From Candidatus Aenigmatarchaeota archaeon (GTDB taxonomy: Archaea > Aenigmatarchaeota > Aenigmatarchaeia > GW2011-AR5), in contig JACPJW010000001.1 in assembly GCA_016187335.1 (NCBI GenBank), forward strand, positions 320,001-384,000: 64,000 bases of DNA, in the 5' to 3' direction. The position numbers and the translations under genes were made by a program. Numbering within the stretch: position 1 is the stretch's first letter; each line of letters begins with the position of its first letter. Below are positions 63,719 to 64,000 of this stretch, piece after piece. The notes beneath the pieces were generated by a model. That model saw only the letters and a list, made by a program, of their open reading frames with translations. It ran no database searches and was not told where the DNA came from.

Positions 63719-64000
63719 TGTGAGAGTTGGGGCGTCAGAATTTTACAATAACTGAAAAATATACTTTCTAATCTACTTTTTTAATTAAATTTTTCATAAA
63801 ATATATTATTTACAATAACTTTCTTTTGTGAGTGATGAGGCAATTATATAAAGTATAAGATATGTTTTATCATAAATAGTGTAGAATATATATTATTTTA
63901 ATTATATTTTATAGAATAGATTTAAAACCACCCGTCATTTGTGAGGGTTTAAGTAATGTACTATATTATAAAGGAGATAAGTTGAAAAATTAAATCAAAA

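Noticed and set aside
63719-64000. Second origin at the AT-rich window end
   Set aside because: No ORB-like or other repeats seen, and the context is truncated by the window edge.
1-64000. tRNA/rRNA genes and IS elements
   Set aside because: No cloverleaf/T-loop signature, rRNA-like tract or transposase motif was recognised; intergenic gaps are mostly too short.

Overview
Archaeal chromosomal window, most consistent with a DPANN lineage (Aenigmatarchaeota-like; inferred from gene content and the Pol delta-like PolB, not verified). 1-24 kb: surface/N-glycosylation cluster (GT2/GT4/GT-C transferases, rfbA/rfbB, flippases, methyltransferases, a polyol/tetrose-phosphate module with an EryC-like epimerase, and an AglB split into two genes). 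24-30 kb: GGR, secF/secD, NAC, TctA-like permease and a 58-aa histone missed by the ORF track. 30.7-38 kb: replication locus with oriC-like ORB repeats, cdc6, a degenerate DP1-like subunit, and an intein-containing Pol delta-like PolB ending in a PolD-DP2-type Zn finger. 38-44 kb: upper mevalonate pathway. 44-55 kb: hjc, an AT-rich nuclease islet, dnaG, peptidases, PMM, thpR. 55-64 kb: a helically phased TTCAY repeat array between a wHTH gene and an AAA+/wHTH gene, then a PRC-barrel protein, radA, rpa, a second histone and further wHTH genes. A 28-bp palindrome with covarying arms occurs four times across the window. No rRNA, tRNA, CRISPR array or transposase was recognised. Several start codons were moved downstream of the ORF-track calls. 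All family calls come from motif recognition by eye; no database search was run.
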